Below are positions 30,337 to 39,570 of a stretch of DNA of 64,000 bases, piece by piece (the stretch's first letter is position 1; each line of letters starts with the position of its first letter). A program made the translations under genes and the position numbers. The DNA is taken from the IMG/VR virus record IMGVR_UViG_3300032309_001546, positions 1 through 64,000 of that record. One strand, 5' to 3'. This DNA comes from a virus. The notes under the pieces are model-generated. The model was given only the letters and a program-made list of their open reading frames with translations, was not told the DNA's origin and ran no database searches.

Positions 30337-32872
30337 CCTCTAATGCCCAGACATCAACGTCTTCTTTCTTGGCATAGTCTTTATTGTTCTTATCATCAGC
30401 CTGGTCTCTGGCATTGACAACCTGAGCAATCTCATAGGTATCAACTTCTTCAAACCAAGAACTCGTAGGATGAAATAGGAAACAGTGAGTGTCCTTATCA
30501 CCTGAGATCTTGTTCTTGCCAATGATTGCCTCAATGACTGGGAACTTCTGGACTACACCAGGACGGCTAACGCTCTTAGTCTCATGGTACCAGTTACTCT
30601 TATCGCCAAATACATGCTTATGATTATAAACGTGTACAATGGCGCTAGCATCGTATCTAAACGCACGAGACTCTGCTAGGCTAGAGTTGGTAGGACGTTG
30701 GTCCTTCTGCCTCTTATTCGAGTCACTGTTATATTCTAGAGTACCACCAATAGCAATGTTGTGACGGACTGAAGCCATCTTAACACGATTAGAGATATCC
30801 TTGAATGCAAGACGCGCATCAGCATTACCAAGTGGAAGCTTATGGATATTATCCAAGTAAGCAAAGATATTATCGCTAGGATACTTCTTACGGAAGCTAG
30901 CAATAGCACGCTCAAAGTCTTCTAGGTTCTGGGCATGTGGAATGCCGAAGAGGACTAGACGTTCTTCGCGGGCCATCTTCATAATCTCTTGATAGCCAAC
31001 CTTGTAAGCATAAAGCATATCTTGCTCTAGCTGAGGATCAATATCCCGAAGGATCTTGCCCCAGTACTTAGGACGAACGATATGATTAATCTCTAGAGGA
31101 AAGCCATCCTCATATCCGCGATAACCACGAGTACGATGACGACCAGCCATGGCTACAAACTTAGGGAACAACTCAGGAACGCTATCGTCAATAGTCATGT
31201 AAAGAACATGAAGATTGTTGTCAGCTTCTGGCAGTGCTAGGTTGTAGCATGTAAAGCTACTGAATGAGCTCTTACCTGCATTCTCTTCGCCGCCAATGCA
31301 AATCATGCGACCTCTTGACCAGTCATTATTAAATGCGCTGGCAAATCCGGGCATGAGTGGCATTTGGAAACCAGGGAACACAGCTTCGAAGGCTTCTGCT
31401 TCATCTTGAAAACGAAGCATTTCCTGAAGATAGAAGTCACCACTGCTAACACTAGTATTAGTATCAGCCTGAATGCTTTCGATCCTGGTCCTGAGACCAT
31501 CAAGAACTGAGATAGCACTGGTAGGATTCTTACGGATATCAAGCATAGCCTGATCAGTAAGGTCCTTTACCTTCTGCTTTTGAGTAAGCTCCTTCTCATT
31601 GACGATATTATCAATCTCTTCAGTAATAGTATTGAAGCTGTAACCAGTCTTCATACTAAGACTACGAGCTAGATCTTCTCGCTCTAGAGGACTATGGAAG
31701 CTAGAGATAAGCTTAATAAGATCAAGCATAACCTCGCGGGATCCATTCTCTCTAGTCAACTCACCAAAGAGCCAGTCAAATGCAGGAACATTTTCAAGAG
31801 TCTTAAATACTTCAATGTCATTAGCCCGGATAAACTCATCCGGATCTAGATCACCGTTTACACGAAGATCTTTTACATAAAGCTTATGGCCGCCTAGCGT
31901 ACTGGCATGTTCTCTGATTGCGTTGATGGTGCATTTAATACCTGCATCATCAGGGTCAAAGCAAAGTACATACTTGCTAGGATTAAGGTTCTTGAGGAGT
32001 CTAGCTTGACCAGGAGTCAGACTTGAGCCACCTGCTGCCACAGTAGCCTTGAGACCATTATGGTAACAGGTAATCGTGCTGCTCTGACCCTCGAAAACAT
32101 AGAGGGTATCAGCTCCTGACTTAATAGCTTGTTTTGCAATCTTATGATTGTAAAGCAAGTTGCTCTTATCAAAGATTGGAACAATGCCACTGGTATTTAC
32201 CCACTTATCCTTGTCACCTTTTTGCCAGGTAATCTTACGAGCTGCAAAGCCAACAGTCCTACCTTTCTCGTCATAGAATGTAGTTACTAGCTTGTTCTGA
32301 GGATCAGCAAACATACTTGTGTCATAGATGCCAAAGCCTTGGTCAGGCCGCTCTTCTCTTAGGTTATCTAGTACGGTAAGACCGTCACTAATCTCAACAT
32401 AGCCAACACCCATCTCAAGCAGCTTATCTGCGTTCCATGAACGTTCTGCAATGTACTTATACAAATCTGGGTGAGCAGTATCAGTAATCTTTGCAAGAGA
32501 TGAGGAGACCTCATGATATACTTGGAAATACTTTTGACGCTCAATTTCTTCTGGGCTTGGCTTACCAAAGTTATAGTCAATGCTGAATAAGTCCGCTACT
32601 TCTTTGGCAATATCAACAAATTCATCACCAGCGAGTTGCCGGCCTGTTCTAATAGCATGGATGTTTAAGGAACTACCATAAAACCCACAGCTAAAACACT
32701 TTACATAGCCACGGTCATCGTAGACATGCATACTAGGATTATGGTCGTCATGATCTGGGTTGACACAAACGACTTTCTTATTCTTTGTAACTTCAACACC
32801 AATCTTCTCAAGGTATTGAGAAACTGGGATTCTATCAACTGTCTCTACTAACTCACTCAGATTTGTAATCAT
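30323..32872 (-). CDS. Fused DNA primase (DnaG-type) and DnaB-like helicase
   Basis: CHC2 finger 'CVNPDHDD...CFSCG', 'VGFAARK', TOPRIM 'FEG...FDPDDAG...DPDE', Walker A 'GEENAGKS', C-terminal 'KNK'. Confidence 0.9.
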   Translation of the reverse strand: MITNLSELVETVDRIPVSQYLEKIGVEVTKNKKVVCVNPDHDDHNPSMHVYDDRGYVKCFSCGFYGSSLNIHAIRTGRQLAGDEFVDIAKEVADLFSIDYNFGKPSPEEIERQKYFQVYHEVSSSLAKITDTAHPDLYKYIAERSWNADKLLEMGVGYVEISDGLTVLDNLREERPDQGFGIYDTSMFADPQNKLVTTFYDEKGRTVGFAARKITWQKGDKDKWVNTSGIVPIFDKSNLLYNHKIAKQAIKSGADTLYVFEGQSSTITCYHNGLKATVAAGGSSLTPGQARLLKNLNPSKYVLCFDPDDAGIKCTINAIREHASTLGGHKLYVKDLRVNGDLDPDEFIRANDIEVFKTLENVPAFDWLFGELTRENGSREVMLDLIKLISSFHSPLEREDLARSLSMKTGYSFNTITEEIDNIVNEKELTQKQKVKDLTDQAMLDIRKNPTSAISVLDGLRTRIESIQADTNTSVSSGDFYLQEMLRFQDEAEAFEAVFPGFQMPLMPGFASAFNNDWSRGRMICIGGEENAGKSSFSSFTCYNLALPEADNNLHVLYMTIDDSVPELFPKFVAMAGRHRTRGYRGYEDGFPLEINHIVRPKYWGKILRDIDPQLEQDMLYAYKVGYQEIMKMAREERLVLFGIPHAQNLEDFERAIASFRKKYPSDNIFAYLDNIHKLPLGNADARLAFKDISNRVKMASVRHNIAIGGTLEYNSDSNKRQKDQRPTNSSLAESRAFRYDASAIVHVYNHKHVFGDKSNWYHETKSVSRPGVVQKFPVIEAIIGKNKISGDKDTHCFLFHPTSSWFEEVDTYEIAQVVNARDQADDKNNKDYAKKEDVDVWALEDDDA

Positions 32873-32880
32873 ACACTCCT

Positions 32881-33987
32881 CTATTTTAGTATTTCATTAG
32901 CGATTTTAGCTAACGCAGTTTTTCTAAATAAAACTGGCTGTTTAATCCCCATGGACTTTAGCCATTCTTTTAATTCAATAGGATTTTGCTCTTTATGATT
33001 GAGCAATCCATATCTCTTACAGATATACTCTTTTTCTAAAGGTAAAAGATTATCTAGTACCGAAAGAAAACTCAAGCAAAACGTAACATGATCCATGTTC
33101 ATATCTATTGCTTGGAGATGTTCATCTTTCTTCTCACGATCTACGATGTCAGTCATAGGATCTTCAATCAACGCATGTTCATTATTGTACATTGCTATTT
33201 GATTGTATGGAGTATAGCTATAGATAAAACTAAAAGCATGAGAGACGTTGCTTTCTTTCATCTTAGTTAATTTAGCTAGTTCACTAACTGTCTTATGAGA
33301 GTAGGGAACATTGTGTCTTCTAATTGCTCCTAGGACTTTAGTTATATCAATTGTCAGGTGGACTGGCAAGCGAATTAATCTAGCCTTGTTACTTAAGGCG
33401 CGGGTAATCTTTTGCTTCACCCACCAAGTAGCGTAGGTTCCTAGCTTAACATTCTTGTTAGGATCATAACGGTCGATGGCATATAGAAATCCAAATACTC
33501 CCTCTTGGATAAGGTCATCCACAGACAGGCCTTTACCAGCATAACTGTTAGCAATCTTAAGGATAAGGCGAAGGTTATGAGCAATAAGAGTTTCTTGTAG
33601 TTCTTTGAATATGTCGTCATAGGGCATAATTCCTATAAGGTAATTAAGTTCTTCTTTCTCCGCGACAAGAAGACCATGAGTAATGTCATCATTATCTTTT
33701 GCTAATTTTTCATCAACAATAGACAATCGATCTTTCATGTTTGAGAATTGTTGCTTCAGATAGAAGTACTTGCAAGCAAGACGATGCATTTCTGCATCTT
33801 TCATTCTGGGATGGTTTTTGATATATTCGCTAAGATAAGCAATGCTATCTTTTTCCATGCCATATATAACTGAAGTGGATTCATTCTTAACATGATGATC
33901 GTATGTTAGACTTGTTTTCTTTCTTCGATCAGGAATTATAATATCTATCTTAACTTTGGGAGTTACGCTATTCGGATTCTTGTTCAT
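32881..33987 (-). CDS. RNA polymerase sigma-70 family factor
   Basis: Region 2 'NLRLILKIA...DLIQEG..G...AIDRYDP....LGTYATWWVKQKI' followed by 'RLIRLPVH'. Confidence 0.9.
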   Translation of the reverse strand: MNKNPNSVTPKVKIDIIIPDRRKKTSLTYDHHVKNESTSVIYGMEKDSIAYLSEYIKNHPRMKDAEMHRLACKYFYLKQQFSNMKDRLSIVDEKLAKDNDDITHGLLVAEKEELNYLIGIMPYDDIFKELQETLIAHNLRLILKIANSYAGKGLSVDDLIQEGVFGFLYAIDRYDPNKNVKLGTYATWWVKQKITRALSNKARLIRLPVHLTIDITKVLGAIRRHNVPYSHKTVSELAKLTKMKESNVSHAFSFIYSYTPYNQIAMYNNEHALIEDPMTDIVDREKKDEHLQAIDMNMDHVTFCLSFLSVLDNLLPLEKEYICKRYGLLNHKEQNPIELKEWLKSMGIKQPVLFRKTALAKIANEILK

Positions 33988-35155
33988 CGCTTGATTCTCC
34001 TACAAGTGAAATTCGCTCAATGTCAGTGACATCTAATTTTGTTAAGTCTCTGGGAGTACCATTTGTCTCATAGCATATATTCTTGAATGGACAATAGCTA
34101 CAATTCCAATCGCCTTTCTTAACTTTCTTGCCTTTACTGAAAAGCTCCATGTCAACTTTTGATAGCTCTTTGCGACCAGCTAGTAAAGCAATCTTAGTCT
34201 GGTCATAGAATAATTCAAAGTCTCTTACTGGCAATGTTTCATTCTCTAAGTGAGTATGAAGTTCTTGATAGCGTTGGAGTATATGCTCAGCATATAAATC
34301 ATACTTGTAAGGTTGTCTATCTACATAGACTCTATGTAAGTACTTGCCACTGGCAATCTTTTCTTTAACAAGATCAATGTCGAACTCTTTACGTTCTCCA
34401 TTTTCACGATTGATATAGGCAAGCTTCCAGTAACGATATTCTTTTTTCAATATACAGAAGTACATATGATAAAGAATAGACTGAAGTAAATGCTCTGGCT
34501 TTGGCTCAGGAATGCTTAACCAATGGCCTTTCTTGCTCTTTACTCCAAAGACTTGTCTTGGTCCTTTGTATCCTGAGATACTCTTAATCTCAATGCCTAC
34601 AATGTTATCTGTTTTAATTTCTTTTGGATCTATAGATGGATTGCCGTCTCTATCAAATGTAGGAAGAGTGTAGTCTTCTTTGTTTGGTATTGCAACTGCA
34701 AGATCTAATTCACCACTGATAACAGGCTTTAATGCTTTATATGGGAAAGGAAGTTCCCATTTAAATCTAAGGCTATTTGTTTCATATACACAAGCTCTTT
34801 TGCTTTCATCCGTAATAGCTATTTCTGCATACTTACTTAATGAAAACTTCCAAAGCTCTTTAGGTGTGAAAGGCTCAGCCGCAAGAACATGATCAAGATT
34901 AGGCTTGACATTGGTTGCCTCCATTCTTTGAATCATAGCTCTAAACCATGACTTGCGAAGGCATCCTCCAATAATAAGATCCTCATCGTGTTCGTTTTTA
35001 ATCTTTGCGCTAGCTTCACTGGGATATAAATTTATATCTGGTCGAAGACGGCTTGGTTGATTACCAATACTTCGATCTAAAGTTTGCCAAAAAGAAAAAG
35101 GGTACTGCTCACTAGCCAGCACCACTTCTTTCTTCTTGCTAGTTTTCTTTGCCAT
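33968..35155 (-). CDS. Cas4-like/RecB-family PD-(D/E)XK exonuclease with Fe-S cluster
   Basis: 'YPSEAS...GGCLRK', 'ISGELD', 'IEIKS', 'Q...Y' and 'CSYCPFKNIC'; start moved to ATG 35155 (MAKK) after a GAGG RBS. Confidence 0.8.
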   Translation of the reverse strand: MAKKTSKKKEVVLASEQYPFSFWQTLDRSIGNQPSRLRPDINLYPSEASAKIKNEHDEDLIIGGCLRKSWFRAMIQRMEATNVKPNLDHVLAAEPFTPKELWKFSLSKYAEIAITDESKRACVYETNSLRFKWELPFPYKALKPVISGELDLAVAIPNKEDYTLPTFDRDGNPSIDPKEIKTDNIVGIEIKSISGYKGPRQVFGVKSKKGHWLSIPEPKPEHLLQSILYHMYFCILKKEYRYWKLAYINRENGERKEFDIDLVKEKIASGKYLHRVYVDRQPYKYDLYAEHILQRYQELHTHLENETLPVRDFELFYDQTKIALLAGRKELSKVDMELFSKGKKVKKGDWNCSYCPFKNICYETNGTPRDLTKLDVTDIERISLVGESSDEQESE

Positions 35156-35195
35156 ACTAGCCTCTGTACGAATATAAGAGAATATTTTAATCAAG

Positions 35196-35268
35196 CTCTG
35201 GCTATAGGATTTGAACCTATGACCTAGAAATTAACAGTTTCCCGCTTCTACCACTGAGCTAAGCCAGA
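35196..35268 (-). tRNA. tRNA-Asn (GTT)
   Basis: TCTGGCT acceptor stem pairs with AGCCAGA; D arm GCTCAGTGGTAGAAGC; anticodon arm GGAAA-CTGTTAA-TTTCT; T arm ATAGG-TTCAAAT-CCTAT; discriminator G; CCA not encoded. Confidence 0.92.
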
Positions 35269-35285
35269 TCATGATTAATATTTTT

Positions 35286-35313
35286 ATATTAACTTCTTTA
35301 ATACTTTTGTCAA
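35286..35313 (-). promoter_or_regulatory. Sigma-70-type promoter upstream of the tRNA
   Basis: TTGACA-16 nt-TAATAT on the - strand, ending 17 nt before the tRNA 5' end. Confidence 0.65.
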
Positions 35314-35317
35314 GGGA

Positions 35318-35683
35318 TTAAAGAACAGAGATATCTACTTCCTTGCTAGCAACAGGCTGAGCTCCAGCGGCTGGGGCAGCAGCCTTATCAGCATGAGCTT
35401 GCATTTCCTTCATCTTCTCTTCAGCGTCTTTGATAATCTTTGTATTATGTTCCGCAAAGCGCTTAGTGAACTCTTCAATGCCAATAGAGCTTCCCATTTC
35501 TTTTAGGAAGTCAACAATTGTTGCAGACAGTGCCGCAACAGTGTAGCCTTGGAAGACGCCAAAGTTATTATTGATCATCATGAATAGATTATTCATGTAC
35601 TTGTTTACTTCATCTCGGGTAGGATTACCGGCCATGAAATCTTCGTTTACGCTATCTGGCTCAGTCTTAATCTCTTCGTTCAT
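35318..35683 (-). CDS. Hypothetical helical protein
   Basis: 121 aa, GAGG RBS. Confidence 0.6.
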   Translation of the reverse strand: MNEEIKTEPDSVNEDFMAGNPTRDEVNKYMNNLFMMINNNFGVFQGYTVAALSATIVDFLKEMGSSIGIEEFTKRFAEHNTKIIKDAEEKMKEMQAHADKAAAPAAGAQPVASKEVDISVL

Positions 35684-35693
35684 TCTGTACCTC

Positions 35694-36854
35694 TTACTTT
35701 AAGTAATTTAATGTTCCGCAATACTTAACGTCAGTCTCGTTAAATAATGTATTGCCATCTTCGTCTTGGTAAATGACTGCATATCCTAATGTAACTGCTT
35801 CCTTTGTAAACTTAGCACTGCGCTGATAGTCCATCAACTTAACCAAACAACCTTGTTCCATTACAAGTTTACCCTTGTAGACAAGCTTACCTAGCTTATG
35901 TGTATGTCCCATGACAACGCAATCGTAACTATCCCATTCTAGGAAGTTTTGTAAATAATCGCAAGCTTTAACTACAGTGCCTAGAGGAGCGCTGAGATAG
36001 GTGCTTGGGTGCAAGAATACGGTTTTATTTAGTTGGAGAATCCAAGGGTTACCCTGTGGATTGTATATTACGTTTGGTAGTTCTACAGTGCCAACATGTG
36101 CACCATCTTCATCTAAGATATAACCCTTTGCTAGATAGTATAGAGTGTCTTTACATGCAAACATTTGCATGGTGGGATCAATCTTATTAGCAAAGTATTT
36201 TTCAAGTCTATGCTCGTGGTTGCCACGCACGATATAAACTTGAGGAAAGATTCCAGCAACTTTACGAACAAACTCTAAAGCCATTGTATACTCTAGATGC
36301 ATTGGAATATTCTTATCCTTGGCAAAGCTACTAGCGGCATAGCCATCGAGTAGGTCGCCATTAAGAACAAGAATGTCTGCATCCTTATGTAGCTCAATAA
36401 CTTCGTCAATTAGTTCTTGGTTTTGGAATGGAAAATGAATATCACTTAAACTAAGAATCTTAATTGCTGCTTCTGCAGTGCTAGCCTTCTTAGTCAGATA
36501 AACCTTATCCTTGGCGTCTTTAACAGCTTCAAGATAGGCTTGTATACTACCTGCCTTCTCAACATCCTTAGTAACGTCCTTGGGGTCTTCTGCGCTTGCT
36601 AAAGCCTGGATAACAGTTGGCTTAGTCGGGCCAATCTTCTTAGTCTTGATATTCTTACTACTAGGAATCTTATAGTAATTAATAATCTTATTCAGGGTAG
36701 AAGTGGCTTTAGGATTCTCACCCTTCTGTACTTCTATTGCGCCTCTCTTGGCAAGGCGCTCTAGCGTGTGTCTAGATATATTGTACTTAATACATAGTAA
36801 AGTACCAGGAATCCAAGTATCAAGATCTTCTTTCTGCCAAATAACTGTATTCAT
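35694..36854 (-). CDS. Calcineurin-like metallophosphoesterase with an N-terminal HTH-like segment
   Basis: 'SDIHFP', 'NGDLLD', 'RGNHE' and 'MGHTH'. Confidence 0.85.
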   Translation of the reverse strand: MNTVIWQKEDLDTWIPGTLLCIKYNISRHTLERLAKRGAIEVQKGENPKATSTLNKIINYYKIPSSKNIKTKKIGPTKPTVIQALASAEDPKDVTKDVEKAGSIQAYLEAVKDAKDKVYLTKKASTAEAAIKILSLSDIHFPFQNQELIDEVIELHKDADILVLNGDLLDGYAASSFAKDKNIPMHLEYTMALEFVRKVAGIFPQVYIVRGNHEHRLEKYFANKIDPTMQMFACKDTLYYLAKGYILDEDGAHVGTVELPNVIYNPQGNPWILQLNKTVFLHPSTYLSAPLGTVVKACDYLQNFLEWDSYDCVVMGHTHKLGKLVYKGKLVMEQGCLVKLMDYQRSAKFTKEAVTLGYAVIYQDEDGNTLFNETDVKYCGTLNYLK

Positions 36855-36863
36855 ATATGGACC

Positions 36864-39278
36864 TTACTTTATTAAGGTAATTTTTCCGACTGGGCGAATC
36901 CTTAAGAAATCATCTTTCTTAGTTGCTTTGTAGGAGAAAAATAATAGGGAACAATAGTCAAGCTTTTCTTTCAGTTCTTCGTATTGATCTGAGAACAGCG
37001 TGACTTCTGATATAGAAGATAAATCTTCGATTGTCAATGTTGCCATTAATTTTCCTTTTGATTTACCGCTTTTGATTTGCTGTTCTTTAATATGAGATAC
37101 CGCGACGAGCAGATTGCCTTCGTTGCTATTTGTCTCATCAATATCTTCTATCTGATTAATTAAGATTCCGGGTGGAGTCTTAGTAATATAAGATAGTGGA
37201 TGGCGACTAATAAAGAACTTACAATACTCTGATTCCCACTTAACAATTTGCAGTGGGACTTTATAGTCAGACGTTTTCTTGATAGATTCTAGGTCAGGGA
37301 AAGTAGGCTGATCAGGAACTTTAAGAACTAATGGCTTCTTAGGTCTTGGTTCTGAATACACTTTCTTACCATCTGAGTCTATACTTAAACTAATTACGCC
37401 TGCCTTTAATCTTGCAGACCAATCGTCGAGCAAGGCGGGATAAGCATCTACTTCCTTGTTACGCTCAAAGGCTTGAACTATTCTTGTTTGATAGTTTTCA
37501 ACCTTTGTATAGTAATCAAAGATATCAGAAAGCTTATCTACAAGCTTGACTCTGTCGTAGCCAAAGCTATCGAATGCGCCGACCTTTGCAAGTATACTAA
37601 CAACACCAGAATTAATCTTTGTGCGATTGATTCTAGTAAAGAAGTCAGCCATGCTTGTAAAAGACTTGCGACCGCGTGCCTTAAGTATAAGGTCACTAGC
37701 TTTGTTACCGATGCCATTGATCATGCCAAGGCCAAACAAGATAGTATTGTCATCCAACTTAGTAAAACCAATATCACTATTGTTAATACTAGGTGGAAGA
37801 ATGTTGTAACCCATCTGGCGATACTCGTTGATATATCTGACTAGCTTCTCAGGCTTACCACTTCTGACAGTCATTAGCGTAAGCATAAAGTCTGTAGGAT
37901 AGTAAGTCTTAAGATAAGCATTGAAGTAAGTAATGAAGGCATAAGCAAGAGCATGACTCTTATTAAAACCATACTCAGCAAATGCTGCAATGACATTCCA
38001 AATACGAGTTGCCTCTCCCATATCAATCTTATGAAGACGAGCACAGCCATCTACAAAAAGTGTGCGATATTCTGCCATCAATGTAGCATCTTTCTTGCCC
38101 ATTGCTTTTCTAATCTTATCAGCCTCTTGGAGTGTTACTCCTGCAAGTATCTGACAAGCGGCCATAATCTGTTCCTGATAAATAAGAACACCGCCGGTCT
38201 CAGCAAGTACATCATCAAGTAATGGATGTAACTTATTCTGAGTCTGACGAGTCTTCTTATAGTCAATGTAGTCCTGAAGCAGACCTGAGTCACGAGGACC
38301 AGGACGATTAAGAGCTGAGAAAACTGCAAGATCCTGGACACTCTGTGGCTTGAGATCGGCTACAAGTTTTAGTAGATAAGTCTCTTCCATCTGGAATAAG
38401 CCAGCTGTGAATCCTTTATTGATTAATTCAAACACATTGGGATCATCAGTAGGAACTTCTTCCTCTAGCCACTTGAGTGACTTACCAATACGCTTACAAG
38501 TAAGATCGTTAATTGTAAGGCAATCGATTCTAAGAATGTCGAACTTAATAAAGTTCATTTTCTCTAGAGTTGGACCTTCCCATTGGGTAAGATTGAACCA
38601 GTCTGCGCCTTCAGTCTTGCTCTTCCGGATTGGAATCATCTGATCTACTGGACTTGTGCCAATAAGAACTGCACTAGCATGAACGCTAACTTCCTTTGCT
38701 TGTCCATCTACTGGTCCGCAAAGGCTAAAGATATCTTGATTAGCTTCTACAATCTTTTTGATGTGTTCGCTATTGTCTTCGATTAGTTCTTTATAAGTTA
38801 CATACTTGCCACGGTGACTTTCAGGCAAGCTGTCAGCTAACCGTTCCGCATCGGCAATAGTTCTATATGTGCCATCTGCATGCTTAAGTAACTTAGTGAA
38901 AGCTTTAACGCTTGTCTTAAGAGACCAAGGCTTATAGGTAGATACACGAAGAACACGATCATGACCATACTTAGTTTGCAGTGCCTTGATTAGATCATCA
39001 GCACGAACATTACAAAAGTCAGTATCGATATCCGGGCCTTCGCCATCAACATGATAAGTAACACGCTCATCCGGATTATAAGTGTCAGACAAGCCAAGCG
39101 CATATAGTAATGCAGAGTTACTTTTATTAGCAAGTTTTGCTTTAGACTCAAAGGCCTTGTTGATAAAAGCTAGAGTTTCATCGGTAAGATACCTGACCTC
39201 AAAGTCCAAGTAGTCTTTGCTTATTACATTTAATCTATCATCTGAATAGAATTTATTAAGGTTTTTCTTGTTGATCAT
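36864..39278 (-). CDS. dnaE: DNA polymerase III alpha (DnaE), polymerase core (palm/thumb/fingers/HhH/OB), no PHP domain
   Basis: 'PDIDTDF', 'HASAVLI', 'KFDIL', 'GLFQME', 'ALNRPGP', 'YQEQIM', 'YGFNKSHA.AY', 'FGLGMINGIG' and OB fold 'MATLTIEDL'. Confidence 0.93.
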   Translation of the reverse strand: MINKKNLNKFYSDDRLNVISKDYLDFEVRYLTDETLAFINKAFESKAKLANKSNSALLYALGLSDTYNPDERVTYHVDGEGPDIDTDFCNVRADDLIKALQTKYGHDRVLRVSTYKPWSLKTSVKAFTKLLKHADGTYRTIADAERLADSLPESHRGKYVTYKELIEDNSEHIKKIVEANQDIFSLCGPVDGQAKEVSVHASAVLIGTSPVDQMIPIRKSKTEGADWFNLTQWEGPTLEKMNFIKFDILRIDCLTINDLTCKRIGKSLKWLEEEVPTDDPNVFELINKGFTAGLFQMEETYLLKLVADLKPQSVQDLAVFSALNRPGPRDSGLLQDYIDYKKTRQTQNKLHPLLDDVLAETGGVLIYQEQIMAACQILAGVTLQEADKIRKAMGKKDATLMAEYRTLFVDGCARLHKIDMGEATRIWNVIAAFAEYGFNKSHALAYAFITYFNAYLKTYYPTDFMLTLMTVRSGKPEKLVRYINEYRQMGYNILPPSINNSDIGFTKLDDNTILFGLGMINGIGNKASDLILKARGRKSFTSMADFFTRINRTKINSGVVSILAKVGAFDSFGYDRVKLVDKLSDIFDYYTKVENYQTRIVQAFERNKEVDAYPALLDDWSARLKAGVISLSIDSDGKKVYSEPRPKKPLVLKVPDQPTFPDLESIKKTSDYKVPLQIVKWESEYCKFFISRHPLSYITKTPPGILINQIEDIDETNSNEGNLLVAVSHIKEQQIKSGKSKGKLMATLTIEDLSSISEVTLFSDQYEELKEKLDYCSLLFFSYKATKKDDFLRIRPVGKITLIK

Positions 39279-39570
39279 AATCGTCCAATAAACAATGTTT
39301 AAGAAATACTTGTCTGAAAAGATTTAAAGTTTCCTTTTTCTTCTCAGAGTCACTTGTCCAGTAATGACGAAAAAATAAATACAAAAAAGTAAAGAATGGA
39401 ACTTTATAGATCCAACCTAATTTTTCATGCCAAGTTTGAGTATGGTCTAGCGTAAAACTTTTTACTGGAGAAAAAGTCTCAGTTTCTTTGTTCCAAGTAT
39501 ACTTCTCTTTAAAAACTTTTCTGTAAGATAACTTCTCAGGTGTATATACTATAGACTTTTCATTAGACAT
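39256..39570 (-). CDS. Hypothetical protein inserted between the two dnaE halves
   Basis: About 104 aa from MSNEK; overlaps the stop of the PHP gene and the start of the core gene; aromatic-rich. Confidence 0.55.
   Translation of the reverse strand: MSNEKSIVYTPEKLSYRKVFKEKYTWNKETETFSPVKSFTLDHTQTWHEKLGWIYKVPFFTFLYLFFRHYWTSDSEKKKETLNLFRQVFLKHCLLDDYDQQEKP

Noticed and set aside
29578-35155. CRISPR-Cas locus suggested by Cas4-like genes
   Set aside because: No repeat-spacer array or other cas genes; solo Cas4-like nucleases are common in phages
35196-35268. tRNA as a prophage attachment site
   Set aside because: No integrase or duplicated tRNA 3' end; phage genes continue on both sides
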